A DNA stretch of 64,000 nucleotides. Origin: Spirochaetota bacterium (GTDB lineage Bacteria > Spirochaetota > UBA4802 > JAFGDQ01). This document shows positions 1-10,547 of the stretch, piece after piece. The stretch is from NCBI GenBank assembly GCA_043803405.1, contig JAZDKB010000010.1, positions 32,001-96,000 on the forward strand, given 5' to 3'. Each line of letters starts with the position of its first letter. Positions within the stretch are counted from its first letter, which is position 1. The translations under genes and the position numbers were made by a program. The notes under the pieces are model-generated. The model saw only the letters and a program-made list of their open reading frames with translations, was not told the origin of the DNA and did not search any database.

Positions 1-1
1 A

Positions 2-580
2 AACTTCCTTATCAAATACATCGTCTATCCTTTTATTGAGCACATCCTTTTCGCTGGTCTTGAAAAAATTCAGAAACGTTTTATTGACCGATTCAATTTT
101 TAAATTTGTGCTGTCAATAGTCAGAATACCGTCCGGGACGCTTGTAACAATATTTTCATAATGTTCTCTAAGCGCTTTGTTCTCAACTTTCAGCTTATAG
201 TTTTGTACGGCGTTTTTAATGGGAATAAGGATATCGGAGATGTTATCAAGGGGTTTTAAAAGATAATTATATGCATTCAGCGCGACTGCCTGTCTCGCGC
301 TTTCCAGATTCGCATATCCTGTTACCAAGATAACCGGCAGATCGTCATCTATCGTTTTTATTCTGGAAAGAAATTCAATGCCGTCCATACCTTCCAGCTT
401 AATATCCGAAATAATTACGTCAAATTTGCCTTCATCGACCAGTTCAAGCGCTTCTTCTGCAGAAGCAACTGCGGTAACTTTACAGTTCTTTTTAGAAAGA
501 CGGCCGGCGAGAGAAGTCCTGAAATCAATATCATCTTCAACCAACAGGAGGTTTACTTTTTCTTCTTTAATTATATTCAA
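2..580 (-). CDS. Response regulator receiver + PAS domain protein (runs off the left edge; not in ORF track)
   Basis: Manual translation from TTG at 580, with a GGGGG SD-like run upstream: MNIIKEEKVNLLLVEDDIDFRTSL...FDVIISDIKLEGMDG...VILVTGYANLESA...YLLKP (REC), then YENIVTSVPDGILTID (PAS start). Confidence 0.85.
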   Translation of the reverse strand, partial: MNIIKEEKVNLLLVEDDIDFRTSLAGRLSKKNCKVTAVASAEEALELVDEGKFDVIISDIKLEGMDGIEFLSRIKTIDDDLPVILVTGYANLESARQAVALNAYNYLLKPLDNISDILIPIKNAVQNYKLKVENKALREHYENIVTSVPDGILTIDSTNLKIESVNKTFLNFFKTSEKDVLNKRIDDVFDKEV

Positions 581-600
581 ATTTAATTCCCCCTCTCTTA

Positions 601-2232
601 TTATGAAACCTTAATAGTATATGGAATTATAACATTGAATACCGTGCCGTACCCGGCTGAGCTGCTTACATCTATGTTGCCGTTAAAGCGCTTTACAATA
701 TTGCCCGCAATTGCAAGTCCAAGGTCTTTTCTGCCCCTGCCGAATTTGGTCGTATCGGATGTATCGAAAATCTCGACTATTTCGTTTTCCGGGATTATAT
801 CCCCGTTGTCCCGGATATCCACATGCACTCCCTCGGCACCGCTCGAAGTCCTTATGCTTATATCCCCGTTTTCCCTTATAGCTTCGAAAGCATTCATTAT
901 TATGTTGGTGAACACCTGGTTAATCTGCATTGAATCCGACATTACAACCGGAAGCCCCTGCTCCAGGTCCTTATTAAATTTAACATTTACCTTTGAGAAT
1001 ATTTCGCTCTTTGCCGCAATAATTTTATCTATTACTTCGTTAATATCAATTTCAATTATATATAAATTTTCGTAAGTCCTGGAAAATGACATAAGGTCGG
1101 TTATTATAATTTTACTTTCCCTTGTGGCCTTTTCTGCTTCAACAAGTTTTGGCCGGCGCGGATCGCTTTCCTGCATATCGTCCAGAACATCCTGCAGGTA
1201 GTTCCGCACAGCCCCCATGGGATTATTTATCTCATGGGCAATCCCTGCAGCAAGCTGAGCCACGCTAATCATTTTTTCAGCTTTTAGTAATTCCTCCTCG
1301 CTCCTCCGTAAATCAATTAAAGCCTTGTCCAGTTTTTTATTAACTACGTCTAATTCTTCGGTCCTTTGATCTATGCTAATCTGGAGTTCCTCGTTCAGGA
1401 TTTGATTTTTTTCCAGCGAGTCCATAACGGCGCCATTCTGATCATTCGTGATATCCGAGTTGTCTTTTATGGTTTCTATGTAATCAAAAATGTGTCCGCC
1501 GATAAAAAACGTAATGGGGATAAGAAATAACGCAATTCTACCTAACCCAGACAGGTGTGACACATACCATTCTATAAAATAATAAATAATAATTACAAGA
1601 ACTATTCCGCCGGTCACGGAAAAAAATTCACGTTTATTAAAAACCCTGTTCTGCCATTTAATTTCGTATATACACGAGTCTGCTCCCTCTGCAGCGCACT
1701 GGACTTCCTTAACACGGGCAAATGGAAGTCCGTAAATTGTGGGAATGGCCGAATATCCGCCTTGTACATTCAGGCAGTTATTTTTATCCTGTTTATATTT
1801 ACCCATGAACTGACTTTGTATCACAGCAAAGTTCTTCTTAAACTCAAGAATTTGCAAATCCGCAACCTTAGTTATTCTGGGATTCAGCCTGATCAGGGAT
1901 TTATAGGTAAACGACGGGGTAGGACTTAATGTGAATAATATCTTTAATACTCCCCATGATTCGCCGTACTTTATGGAATTGAGACCGTATCTATATGCAA
2001 TATCGGGGTCGCCTGTATAATTAACCAGTTTTTTTAACAGCCTGCACCAGTAATCGTAACTGATCCAGTTATGTTCATTATCAAAATAATCGACAGGCAC
2101 TCCTGAGCTTTCCATGAACTCGACAAGCTTGTCTGTTCCGTATTCTTCTTCAAATGACCTTATTATTGGGCCCACTACCCGTGCGCTCATCTCTATCTTT
2201 GTATTTTTCCTGTCTATGTTTTCTCGTTTCAC
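601..2232 (-). CDS. Membrane sensor histidine kinase with N-terminal V4R-like domain
   Basis: C...KEVQCAAEGADSCIYEIKW V4R-like motif, two TM helices, H-box AHEINNP, N-box NIIMNAFEAI, degenerate G boxes. Confidence 0.8.
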   Translation of the reverse strand: MKRENIDRKNTKIEMSARVVGPIIRSFEEEYGTDKLVEFMESSGVPVDYFDNEHNWISYDYWCRLLKKLVNYTGDPDIAYRYGLNSIKYGESWGVLKILFTLSPTPSFTYKSLIRLNPRITKVADLQILEFKKNFAVIQSQFMGKYKQDKNNCLNVQGGYSAIPTIYGLPFARVKEVQCAAEGADSCIYEIKWQNRVFNKREFFSVTGGIVLVIIIYYFIEWYVSHLSGLGRIALFLIPITFFIGGHIFDYIETIKDNSDITNDQNGAVMDSLEKNQILNEELQISIDQRTEELDVVNKKLDKALIDLRRSEEELLKAEKMISVAQLAAGIAHEINNPMGAVRNYLQDVLDDMQESDPRRPKLVEAEKATRESKIIITDLMSFSRTYENLYIIEIDINEVIDKIIAAKSEIFSKVNVKFNKDLEQGLPVVMSDSMQINQVFTNIIMNAFEAIRENGDISIRTSSGAEGVHVDIRDNGDIIPENEIVEIFDTSDTTKFGRGRKDLGLAIAGNIVKRFNGNIDVSSSAGYGTVFNVIIPYTIKVS

Positions 2233-2548
2233 TTTTTTGTTTTCCCGAAGTTAAACACCTGATCCCCGTGCCGGGAGGTTTTCCGGCAAAAGATGCAAAG
2301 GGGTAACCAATTAAAAAGCCCTTACGTTTAAGCGGAAATTATTTATATCAAATTCCGGAAAAATAAGCAAATATTTTTTTAATGTAGGGAAAAATATCAC
2401 TTGAACAGTTGTTAATCAGATACATTATGAATTTATTGTACAATATTACTGGTACGCAGTCACATTCGATTAAAGAGATCAATAATGCTAAAAATTGAAA
2501 AGTGATACTGTACTAAAAACAGCAAAAAATCAATAATTATAGAGTTAA

Positions 2549-3544
2549 ATGAACTACACTTTCGCATATAAGCCCCTCCTGCTTCTTCTGCTTTTAGTTG
2601 CAGCATGGGCTTATTTCAAATACAAAAAAGGATTTCCTGCAATTGCATTTTCCCTGACTGGCAGGATCGCAAAATTCACAGGCAGATTCGGCAGATTAGC
2701 AGGCATTGTGCCATTAATTCTGCGTACTGCCGCGCTTGCGCTCCTGGTATTAGCTGCTTCAAGGCCGCAGCTCTATAACGTGTCACGCGACACACGCTCG
2801 CCCGGAGTCGACATAATGCTTTGTCTTGACACTTCGGGCACAATGCGGGCAATGGACTTTATTCTTAATAACGAACGCGTAACAAGACTAATTGCGGTAA
2901 AAAAAGTGGTTACCGACTTTATTAAAAAGCGTGAATACGACAGGATAGGTCTTGTTGTGTTCGGAACCGAAGCATACACCCAGTCGCCGCTTACTATGGA
3001 CAAAGGGCTTCTGCTTGCTCTCATAGAAAAACTCGAAATCGGGATGGCAGGCGACCGCACTGCGATCGGATCCGCAATTGCAGTGGGGGGCAAGCGCCTC
3101 AAAGACCTGGAAGCAAAGTCTAAAATTCTTATTTTGCTTACAGACGGCAGGAACAACACAGGGAGTATAACGCCCGAACAGGCAGCAGACGCTGTTAAAG
3201 CATTCGGAGTAAAAATATACGCGATCGGGGTTGGCGGCAGGGGGCCTGCGCCCATTGTAGATCAAACACCATTCGGCCCAAGGCTTGTCTATATACAGGA
3301 AGATCTGGACGAAAGCATGCTCACTAAAATTGCAGGCATAGGCGGCGGTCGCTACTTCCGCGCCAGCGACAGCAAAGAACTTTCGGAAATATACGACATC
3401 ATCGATAAAGCAGAAAAACGCGAGATAAACATTAAGGAATTTTTTAATTTCAGGGAACTGTATCTTTATTTTTTAATACCTGCGTTTATTTTACTTCTTA
3501 TCGAGATAGCATTAAAAACGACAATTTTAAGGATAATCCCATGA
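2549..3544 (+). CDS. batA: VWA domain membrane protein, BatA family
   Basis: N-terminal TM segments, MIDAS DTSGTM, DRIGLVVFG, LLTDGRNN, C-terminal TM. Confidence 0.8.
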   Translation: MNYTFAYKPLLLLLLLVAAWAYFKYKKGFPAIAFSLTGRIAKFTGRFGRLAGIVPLILRTAALALLVLAASRPQLYNVSRDTRSPGVDIMLCLDTSGTMRAMDFILNNERVTRLIAVKKVVTDFIKKREYDRIGLVVFGTEAYTQSPLTMDKGLLLALIEKLEIGMAGDRTAIGSAIAVGGKRLKDLEAKSKILILLTDGRNNTGSITPEQAADAVKAFGVKIYAIGVGGRGPAPIVDQTPFGPRLVYIQEDLDESMLTKIAGIGGGRYFRASDSKELSEIYDIIDKAEKREINIKEFFNFRELYLYFLIPAFILLLIEIALKTTILRIIP

Positions 3545-4536
3545 ACTTTGATCAGCTATGGGCGCTCAACTTTTTGTGGATTGTCCCGCTCGCTGCACTC
3601 GCAATTATTTTCGGCCTCAGAAAAAAAAGAATCGCACTATTAAAATTTGCCGACAATAAACTTTTCCCGAAAATTACAGGAGAAGAAAAAAAAGGAAGAA
3701 TTTATTTTAAGATAATTCTGTTCCTTGCTTCTCTTACTCTTATCGTCTTTGCTTTATCCGGCCCTAGATGGGGAAGCCGATACCAGGAAGTCAACCAGCA
3801 GGGGGTCGACATAATGATTGCGGTAGATGTATCCTCCAGCATGCTTGCCCAGGACGTTAAGCCGACCCGCATGGAGAATGCAAAAAGAGAGATTCATGAT
3901 TTTATTAAAGCAGTGAACGGCGACAGGCTCGGGCTGGTTGCCTTTGCAGGCACAGCATTCGTACAGTGCCCTCTTACTCTCGATTACGCCGCTCTGCAAA
4001 TGTTCCTGTCCGAGCTAGGCCCTGACTTGCTGCCTGTAGCAGGTACGGATATCGGTGCAGCGATTGACACAGCAGTATCCTCCTTTGACGAAAAGTCGAA
4101 TACGGACAGGGTAATACTGCTAATTACAGACGGGGAAGACAATGAAGGCAAAGGCATCAAGGCTGCGGAGAGAGCAGCCGGCAAAAACATAAAGATATTC
4201 GTTTTCGGCACCGGCGACACAGCAGGCGCGCCGGTGCCTGCGACAGACGGCTCAGGTGGCTTCGTAAAAGACAGCCATGGGCAGCTTGTGCTTTCCAGGC
4301 TTGACGAAGCAGGACTCAGCAAAATAGCAACAGCGTCCGGTGGAAATTATGTGCGTTCTGTTGCAGGCGATCTTGATCTCGATCTTCTGTATTACAGCGG
4401 TATAAAACTGAAGACCGAATCAAAAACACTGAAAAGCGGGAAAGTCAAAGTTTTCGAGGAACGGTTCATGATCTTTGTTTTTGCTGCTCTTCTATTGCTG
4501 CTTATTGAAGGCTTTGTAGAAACAAGAGCAAAATAA
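3541..4536 (+). CDS. batB: VWA domain membrane protein, BatB family
   Basis: MIDAS DVSSSM, GDRLGLVAFAG, PLTLDY, LITDGED; 4-bp overlap with batA. Confidence 0.8.
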   Translation: MNFDQLWALNFLWIVPLAALAIIFGLRKKRIALLKFADNKLFPKITGEEKKGRIYFKIILFLASLTLIVFALSGPRWGSRYQEVNQQGVDIMIAVDVSSSMLAQDVKPTRMENAKREIHDFIKAVNGDRLGLVAFAGTAFVQCPLTLDYAALQMFLSELGPDLLPVAGTDIGAAIDTAVSSFDEKSNTDRVILLITDGEDNEGKGIKAAERAAGKNIKIFVFGTGDTAGAPVPATDGSGGFVKDSHGQLVLSRLDEAGLSKIATASGGNYVRSVAGDLDLDLLYYSGIKLKTESKTLKSGKVKVFEERFMIFVFAALLLLLIEGFVETRAK

Positions 4537-4782
4537 CCGTGACATCTGCATTTAAACCACGATTCGGCCGGAACATCTTCTAAATACTGCTATTAAAAAT
4601 AAATATTTTTTATTTAAAAAATATTTTAATAAATCATATTATTTATTTGATTAAAATGAATTCAGCTTATATAATTTAAGCGACTGTTTTATCATATTAT
4701 ATTTTGCGAATAAAAAAACGATGAAATAATAATTGGAAACTTCCCCTTGTTTAATAGAAAATTTTTTTAACCATATTAAAAA

Positions 4783-7700
4783 ATGAAAAAAATGCAACTT
4801 AACGCGGAACAAAAAAGTTCCGGTAAAAAAGCCGGATTTGATAAAAAACCGGCAAAACCCCGGAATAAAATTAAAACTACGCATAAGAACGCACCGGCAG
4901 AAAAAAAGTCCGCAATTCATAACGATATTCTTTCCACATTAATTGCTCAGGCACACGAAATGGTAATGATTACCGGGCTTGACGGCACAATCGAATATGT
5001 GAACCCCTATTTTGAAAAAATTACCGGTTACGACAAATCGGAAGTCCTTGGGAAAAATCCGCGCATATTAAAAAGCGGCCCGCATGATCCTTATTTATAC
5101 AAAGAACTGTGGACCACTATAACCAAAGGCAAAAACTGGAGAGGCATCCTTATTAATAAAAAAAAGGACGGCTCTCTATACAGCGAAGAAGCAGATATTT
5201 TCCCAATTAAGGATACAAACGGCAAAATAATAAAATATGCATCTATAAGTCACGACATTTCCGAAAGAAAAAAAGCCGAAGAATATATACTGCAGCAGAA
5301 TAAATTTTTTAATAATATGATAGAGGCCTTTACATATCCGGTTTATGTTATAGACGTACATACAGGCGGGATTCTCGTAGCAAACACAGCTGCGAAATCC
5401 CAGAACATAACAAACGGAATGCCGCATGAAAAAATACACTATGGCCTCAAGTTATTATCCGGCAAATCTGCGAAGGAATCCCTGCTTGAAAAAATTAAAA
5501 AGACAAAAGAGCCGGTCTTCATGGAATACACCATCAATGACAATAAAGGCAACCCGATATTCCGGGAGCTGTACGGCTATCCCATATTCGATGCACAGGG
5601 AAATGTAATCCAGATTATCGAATATATAATGGATATTACAGACAGGAAAAAATCCCAGGAAGAGCTGGTAAAATTATCGCAGGCTGTTGAACAGAGTTTA
5701 AACATAGTAATGATAACGGACAAATACGGTGTAATAGAATATGTCAATCCCAAGTTCACAGAAACTACCGGTTATTCGTTTCAGGAAGTGATAGGAGAAA
5801 AAGCGTCTTCCTTCGGGAAAATAAGCCCTGAAGAGAAAGGAAACTTCTGGGATATATTAAAGAAAGACGGAGAATGGCGCGGGGAATTCCACAACAAAAA
5901 AAAGAACGGGGAATATTACTGGGAATTCGCTTCGATATATTCAATTAAAAATTATCAGAATGTCGTTACACATTACATCAAGGATGCGGTTAACATCTCA
6001 AAAAGGAAACTGGCGGAGGACGAGCTAAAAGCAGCCAAGGAAAAAGCCGAGCTGGCAAACCGCTTCAAAAGCGAATTCCTTGCAAACATGAGCCACGAAA
6101 TAAGAACTCCGCTTAACAGCATTCTCGGATTCATTGAGCTTCTGCTCACGACAGAGCTGGACAGGCAGCAGAAAGATTATTTTGAAACAATAAAGGACAG
6201 CTCCCGGGTGCTGCTCGGTATAATAGAGGATATTCTGGATTTCTCAAAAATTGAAAGCGGGAAACTTGAAATAGACAATATTAAATTTTACCTGAAGCAT
6301 GAACTTGAACCTGTTGTGGAAATGTTCGTCGCAAGGGCGGATGAAAAAAATATTGAATTATTATACTTTATCGATCCTTCTTTACCCGAATATATTTTCG
6401 GAGACCCGCTCAGGATAAAGCAGGTGCTTAATAATCTTATCAGCAATGCAATAAAATTTACCCCCGAGAAAGGAAAAATATTCGTTGAAATTAAGCTTTT
6501 AGAACTACGTGATAATTTATGCCGCATAACATTCTCAGTTTCCGATAACGGGATTGGAATACCCGAGAGTAAGCAGAAAAAAATATTCGAAGCGTTTTTT
6601 CAAGCGGATTCTTCAGTATCCAGAAATTACGGCGGTACAGGACTTGGCCTTGCCATCTCGAGACATCTTGTTCACCTTATGGGAGGCGAACTGCAGCTTG
6701 AGAGCCGCGTAGCTGAAGGAAGCAGGTTTTATTTCGACCTGGCATTTACGGAATTCAGCGGCCTGGATATTTTTAAACGCGATTATGATTTCAGAGATGT
6801 GAAATGTTTTTTATTTAAAAAAAAGTATAATGATAAAATGCAACTCTATAATATTGAACGCTACCTGAAAGCTTTTAATATAGAGGTTGGAACTTTTTCT
6901 TCACTGGAAGAATTCAGCAGGCCGGATCACAATTTAAAAACTATTATTTTTACGGAATATTCAATACATACGCGGGACGAAATATCCGGGATACAACACG
7001 CCCTGCCCGACATACCAATTATAATGGTAGCAAACAGACTGGAAAAAGAATTCGCCAATCTTATAGTAAATAAAATCACTAAAATAATATACAAGCCGGT
7101 TTATGCTTCAAAAATAATAGGCGCGATTATTGAAATACTGTTCAACGAAAAACAAAAACCGTATGCGGACGCAATTGACGAAAAGGCAGGCAGGCCTTTT
7201 TTTTCAGCGGATGCGCTTGTTGCGGAAGATAACGCGATCAACCAGAAACTGATTACCTTAATGCTGAAAGAAATAGGAATTAAAGCCGACATCGCAAAAA
7301 ACGGCACTGAGGCAGTAGAAAAATTCATTAAAGGAAAATATGATATTATTCTTATGGACGTAAATATGCCTGTAATGGACGGTATCCAGGCTACAGCGGA
7401 AATCCTTAAAATTGAAAAATCTAACGAGAAACAGCACACACCCATTGTAGCATTGACCGCCAAGTCAATTAAAGGAGACAGGGAAATAATAATCAATGCC
7501 GGAATGGATGATTATCTGTCAAAGCCCATCAGTATCAACAAGTTATGCGGAACGATATATCCTTTTTTAAAGCACAAACAAACAAACCTGTCACCTGACT
7601 CATCAGCAACTCAGAATCAGGAAAATCAGACTCAACAGGCAATAAGTCAAAAAACTGAACAACCGGCATTTTTACAGACAAATAATGTCGCATACGATCT

Positions 7701-8022
7701 GGCCGAGATTGCAGATGAACTCGGAGTAAGCATTGAATTTTTAAACAATCTGGTACGCCAGTTCATCGGTAACTTCGAGAATTATTTTTCTCTGATATCT
7801 GAAAGCGTAAAAACATATAATTTTGACGTAATCTACGCCGAAGCCCACAAAATGAAAGGAACTGCCTCTAATTTAAGGCTCAACAAACTGGCCGATTATT
7901 TTTCAAAGATGGAAGCAAACGCCAGAAATAAAGACCATGGAGATTACGGAGCATTATTAAATTTAATTAAAGAAGAAATTAAGATATTAAGAACTGACTT
8001 TATAAATCATTCGGAGCTTTAA
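4783..8022 (+). CDS. Cytoplasmic hybrid histidine kinase (3 PAS, HisKA, HATPase, REC, Hpt)
   Basis: PAS/PAC repeats, FLANMSHEIRTPLN, NLISNAIKFT, GGTGLGL, LVAEDN...LMDVNMPVMDG, AHKMKGTASNL (Hpt). Confidence 0.92.
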   Translation: MKKMQLNAEQKSSGKKAGFDKKPAKPRNKIKTTHKNAPAEKKSAIHNDILSTLIAQAHEMVMITGLDGTIEYVNPYFEKITGYDKSEVLGKNPRILKSGPHDPYLYKELWTTITKGKNWRGILINKKKDGSLYSEEADIFPIKDTNGKIIKYASISHDISERKKAEEYILQQNKFFNNMIEAFTYPVYVIDVHTGGILVANTAAKSQNITNGMPHEKIHYGLKLLSGKSAKESLLEKIKKTKEPVFMEYTINDNKGNPIFRELYGYPIFDAQGNVIQIIEYIMDITDRKKSQEELVKLSQAVEQSLNIVMITDKYGVIEYVNPKFTETTGYSFQEVIGEKASSFGKISPEEKGNFWDILKKDGEWRGEFHNKKKNGEYYWEFASIYSIKNYQNVVTHYIKDAVNISKRKLAEDELKAAKEKAELANRFKSEFLANMSHEIRTPLNSILGFIELLLTTELDRQQKDYFETIKDSSRVLLGIIEDILDFSKIESGKLEIDNIKFYLKHELEPVVEMFVARADEKNIELLYFIDPSLPEYIFGDPLRIKQVLNNLISNAIKFTPEKGKIFVEIKLLELRDNLCRITFSVSDNGIGIPESKQKKIFEAFFQADSSVSRNYGGTGLGLAISRHLVHLMGGELQLESRVAEGSRFYFDLAFTEFSGLDIFKRDYDFRDVKCFLFKKKYNDKMQLYNIERYLKAFNIEVGTFSSLEEFSRPDHNLKTIIFTEYSIHTRDEISGIQHALPDIPIIMVANRLEKEFANLIVNKITKIIYKPVYASKIIGAIIEILFNEKQKPYADAIDEKAGRPFFSADALVAEDNAINQKLITLMLKEIGIKADIAKNGTEAVEKFIKGKYDIILMDVNMPVMDGIQATAEILKIEKSNEKQHTPIVALTAKSIKGDREIIINAGMDDYLSKPISINKLCGTIYPFLKHKQTNLSPDSSATQNQENQTQQAISQKTEQPAFLQTNNVAYDLAEIADELGVSIEFLNNLVRQFIGNFENYFSLISESVKTYNFDVIYAEAHKMKGTASNLRLNKLADYFSKMEANARNKDHGDYGALLNLIKEEIKILRTDFINHSEL

Positions 8023-8025
8023 AAT

Positions 8026-9066
8026 ATGTTCACAGGACTACAGGGCATTTCCATAGATGATGAAAAAATAAATCTCATGCTTGTTGAAGAACTTGCTGTT
8101 AAAGTAGGGCTTAACATAAAAAGCTTTATTGATCCCGTAGGCGCTATTGACTTTATAAAAAACAATAATATTGATATAGCATTTGTCGATTATCTAATGC
8201 CGCAGATGAACGGCATTGAAGTTGTAAAAAATATAAGAAAATTTCATCCTGACATACCGATTATTATGATCACTTCGATGGGAGGCGACGAGCAGTTAAA
8301 ACTTTCCGCTATAGAAGCCGGCGCTACGGAATTTTTGCTTAAACCGCTCAGGGGCTCGGAATTTATTGCACGCATTACAAATTTATCCAATCTGAGAAAA
8401 TACCAGCTCCTGTTAAAGAACAAAGCCCTTCTTCTGGAAGATGAAGTTAAAGACGCCACTCAAAATTTAAAGAACAGGGAGTTTGAAACATTAATTGTTC
8501 TGGGCAATGTCGCAGAATATAAAGATCCGGAAACAGGCAATCATGTTTCAAGAGTAGCACATTATTCGCGAATGCTTGCGATGTTATTGAATGAAAGCGA
8601 AGAAAATCAGGAAAATCTTTTTAACGCTTCCCCGCTTCACGACGTAGGCAAAATCGGCATTCGTGATTCAATTCTTAATAAACCCGGCAAACTTACTCAG
8701 GACGAATGGGAAATAATGAAAACTCATTCAACAATAGGATATGAAATTCTTAAGAGTACTGAAAGCCCTTTCCTGAAATCCGGCGCAGTAATCGCAAAGA
8801 TGCATCACGAAAAATTTGACGGTACCGGATATCCGAACGGGTTAAGAGGAAGCCAGATCCACCTGTTCGGCAGGATAGTAGCGGTTGCGGATGTGTTTGA
8901 CGCGCTTATGACGCGGAGGCCGTATAAGGAACCGTGGCCTTTTGAGAAAGCTATTGAATTGCTTTTTGAAGAAAAAGGAAAGCATTTCGATCCGGATATT
9001 GTTGATCTTTTTTTAAATAATCTCAACAGGGTTAAAAAAATATCAAATATTTTTAAAGATATCTAA
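8026..9066 (+). CDS. Response regulator with HD-GYP c-di-GMP phosphodiesterase domain (RpfG family)
   Basis: REC (IDDE...FVDYLMP), LHDVGKIG, HHEKFDGTGYP; 3 bp downstream of the hybrid kinase. Confidence 0.92.
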   Translation: MFTGLQGISIDDEKINLMLVEELAVKVGLNIKSFIDPVGAIDFIKNNNIDIAFVDYLMPQMNGIEVVKNIRKFHPDIPIIMITSMGGDEQLKLSAIEAGATEFLLKPLRGSEFIARITNLSNLRKYQLLLKNKALLLEDEVKDATQNLKNREFETLIVLGNVAEYKDPETGNHVSRVAHYSRMLAMLLNESEENQENLFNASPLHDVGKIGIRDSILNKPGKLTQDEWEIMKTHSTIGYEILKSTESPFLKSGAVIAKMHHEKFDGTGYPNGLRGSQIHLFGRIVAVADVFDALMTRRPYKEPWPFEKAIELLFEEKGKHFDPDIVDLFLNNLNRVKKISNIFKDI

Positions 9067-9209
9067 TTGATTTATTTTTTGTTTTACAAATTATTTATAT
9101 TAATTATAAAAACCTCCAGTATCTTTTACAGCTAAAGTTCCTTTACAAAAAAATAATCCTTTAAGTCCGCAAAAAAATATACTTTATAAGTAAACACTTG
9201 AGGAGTTTA

Positions 9210-9956
9210 ATGAAAAGTAACAGATGGTATTTAATAATTACAGTTGTTTTACTTTTATTTTCCGCGATCTTTTATCTTATTCAGATTTCTATATTCCACA
9301 AGACAGAAGATACATTCTTTTATCTGTTGCAGGATCTATCATTTGTCCCGGTTCAGGTTTTGCTTGTTACTCTGATTCTGGACAGACTACTTAAAAAACG
9401 CGAAAAAAATTCCTTTCTGAATAAATTAAACATGGTTATCGGAGTATTTTATAATGATATCGGGAACAGGCTTCTCGAATTATTCGGCAAATTTGCCCTA
9501 AACAATGAGAGCATAAGCTCCCAGCTCAGGATATCAAACGAATGGAAAGAAAAAGATTTCAGGAATAAAATAAACGAATTCAGAATTCATCCTGAGGATA
9601 TTAATCCCGAAAGCGAAGGATTATACTCCCTGAAAAAATTTTTAACGGAAAAAAATCAGGGACTGTTAAACCTGCTCGCCAATCCGAACCTTCTTGAACA
9701 CGATACTTTTACAAATTTACTCTGGGCTGTGTTCCATCTTGCGGATGAACTGATGCACAGAGAAAAATTTGACAACCTGCCGCAAAGCGACCTTAATCAT
9801 CTTAGAGGCGACCTGGTGAGAGCTTATCAGCTTATAGTTCTTGAATGGCTATCTTACATGAAGCACTTAAAAAAAGATTATCCGTATCTTTTCTCAATAG
9901 CTGTGCGGACAAATCCGTTTAATCCCGATGCAGAAATAACCGTAAAGCAGCCGTAA
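9210..9956 (+). CDS. Conserved hypothetical membrane protein
   Basis: Two N-terminal TM helices; ATG at 9210 preceded by GAGGAG (ORF track starts at TTG 9198). Confidence 0.7.
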   Translation: MKSNRWYLIITVVLLLFSAIFYLIQISIFHKTEDTFFYLLQDLSFVPVQVLLVTLILDRLLKKREKNSFLNKLNMVIGVFYNDIGNRLLELFGKFALNNESISSQLRISNEWKEKDFRNKINEFRIHPEDINPESEGLYSLKKFLTEKNQGLLNLLANPNLLEHDTFTNLLWAVFHLADELMHREKFDNLPQSDLNHLRGDLVRAYQLIVLEWLSYMKHLKKDYPYLFSIAVRTNPFNPDAEITVKQP

Positions 9957-9957
9957 A

Positions 9958-10491
9958 TTATAGCATTTTAAAAAATATTACTTTCCCGTCGCCCGGATAA
10001 TAAAAATCCGGAAAATACGCTCCTTTTTTGTATCCGCACGATTTGTAAAATTTCCTGGTAGGAAGATACTGTTTTCTTGATGAAGTTTCGGAATATATTT
10101 GCAGGCCGCCGGACTGCTTTATACTGTCTTCAGTCATGGACAAAAGGATTCTGCCTATGCCGTTTCCCTGCTGATTCGGGCTTACAGCTATCCAGTACAG
10201 ATCGTAACTGGCCTTTGTAAGCGGGATAAGCCCATAACATGTATAACCAATGAGACTGCCTTCAATTTCTGCAAAGATGAACTCGTATGTTGATCTCTTA
10301 CCGAGCGAAAGCTTTTCTTCAATAAGCTCAATAGCGACTATCAATTCTTCATCCGAAAAAAAACCAGTGAGTCTTAATAGTTTGCGTACATTAATACGGT
10401 CTTCTTTTCTCGGTTCATTTCGAAAATCGATTGGCAATGAGGCCGGACTTTGATTGTTTTGTTCAATTTTTAAACGACTCATAATACTCAA
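9958..10491 (-). CDS. GNAT family N-acetyltransferase
   Basis: Acetyl-CoA motif A YWIAVSPNQQGNGIG, C-terminal FY..CGY motif; last gene of the KamA/ATP-grasp operon. Confidence 0.88.
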   Translation of the reverse strand: MSIMSRLKIEQNNQSPASLPIDFRNEPRKEDRINVRKLLRLTGFFSDEELIVAIELIEEKLSLGKRSTYEFIFAEIEGSLIGYTCYGLIPLTKASYDLYWIAVSPNQQGNGIGRILLSMTEDSIKQSGGLQIYSETSSRKQYLPTRKFYKSCGYKKGAYFPDFYYPGDGKVIFFKML

Positions 10492-10547
10492 TAATTTTTT
10501 TATTCGATTTTTATTCTTCTGCCAATATATCAGTAAAACAATATGTT

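Noticed and set aside
2255..2320. GC-rich hairpin upstream of the kinase as a c-di-GMP riboswitch
   Set aside because: A short GCCGG/CCGGC stem is present, but the class I/II consensus is not on the sense strand.
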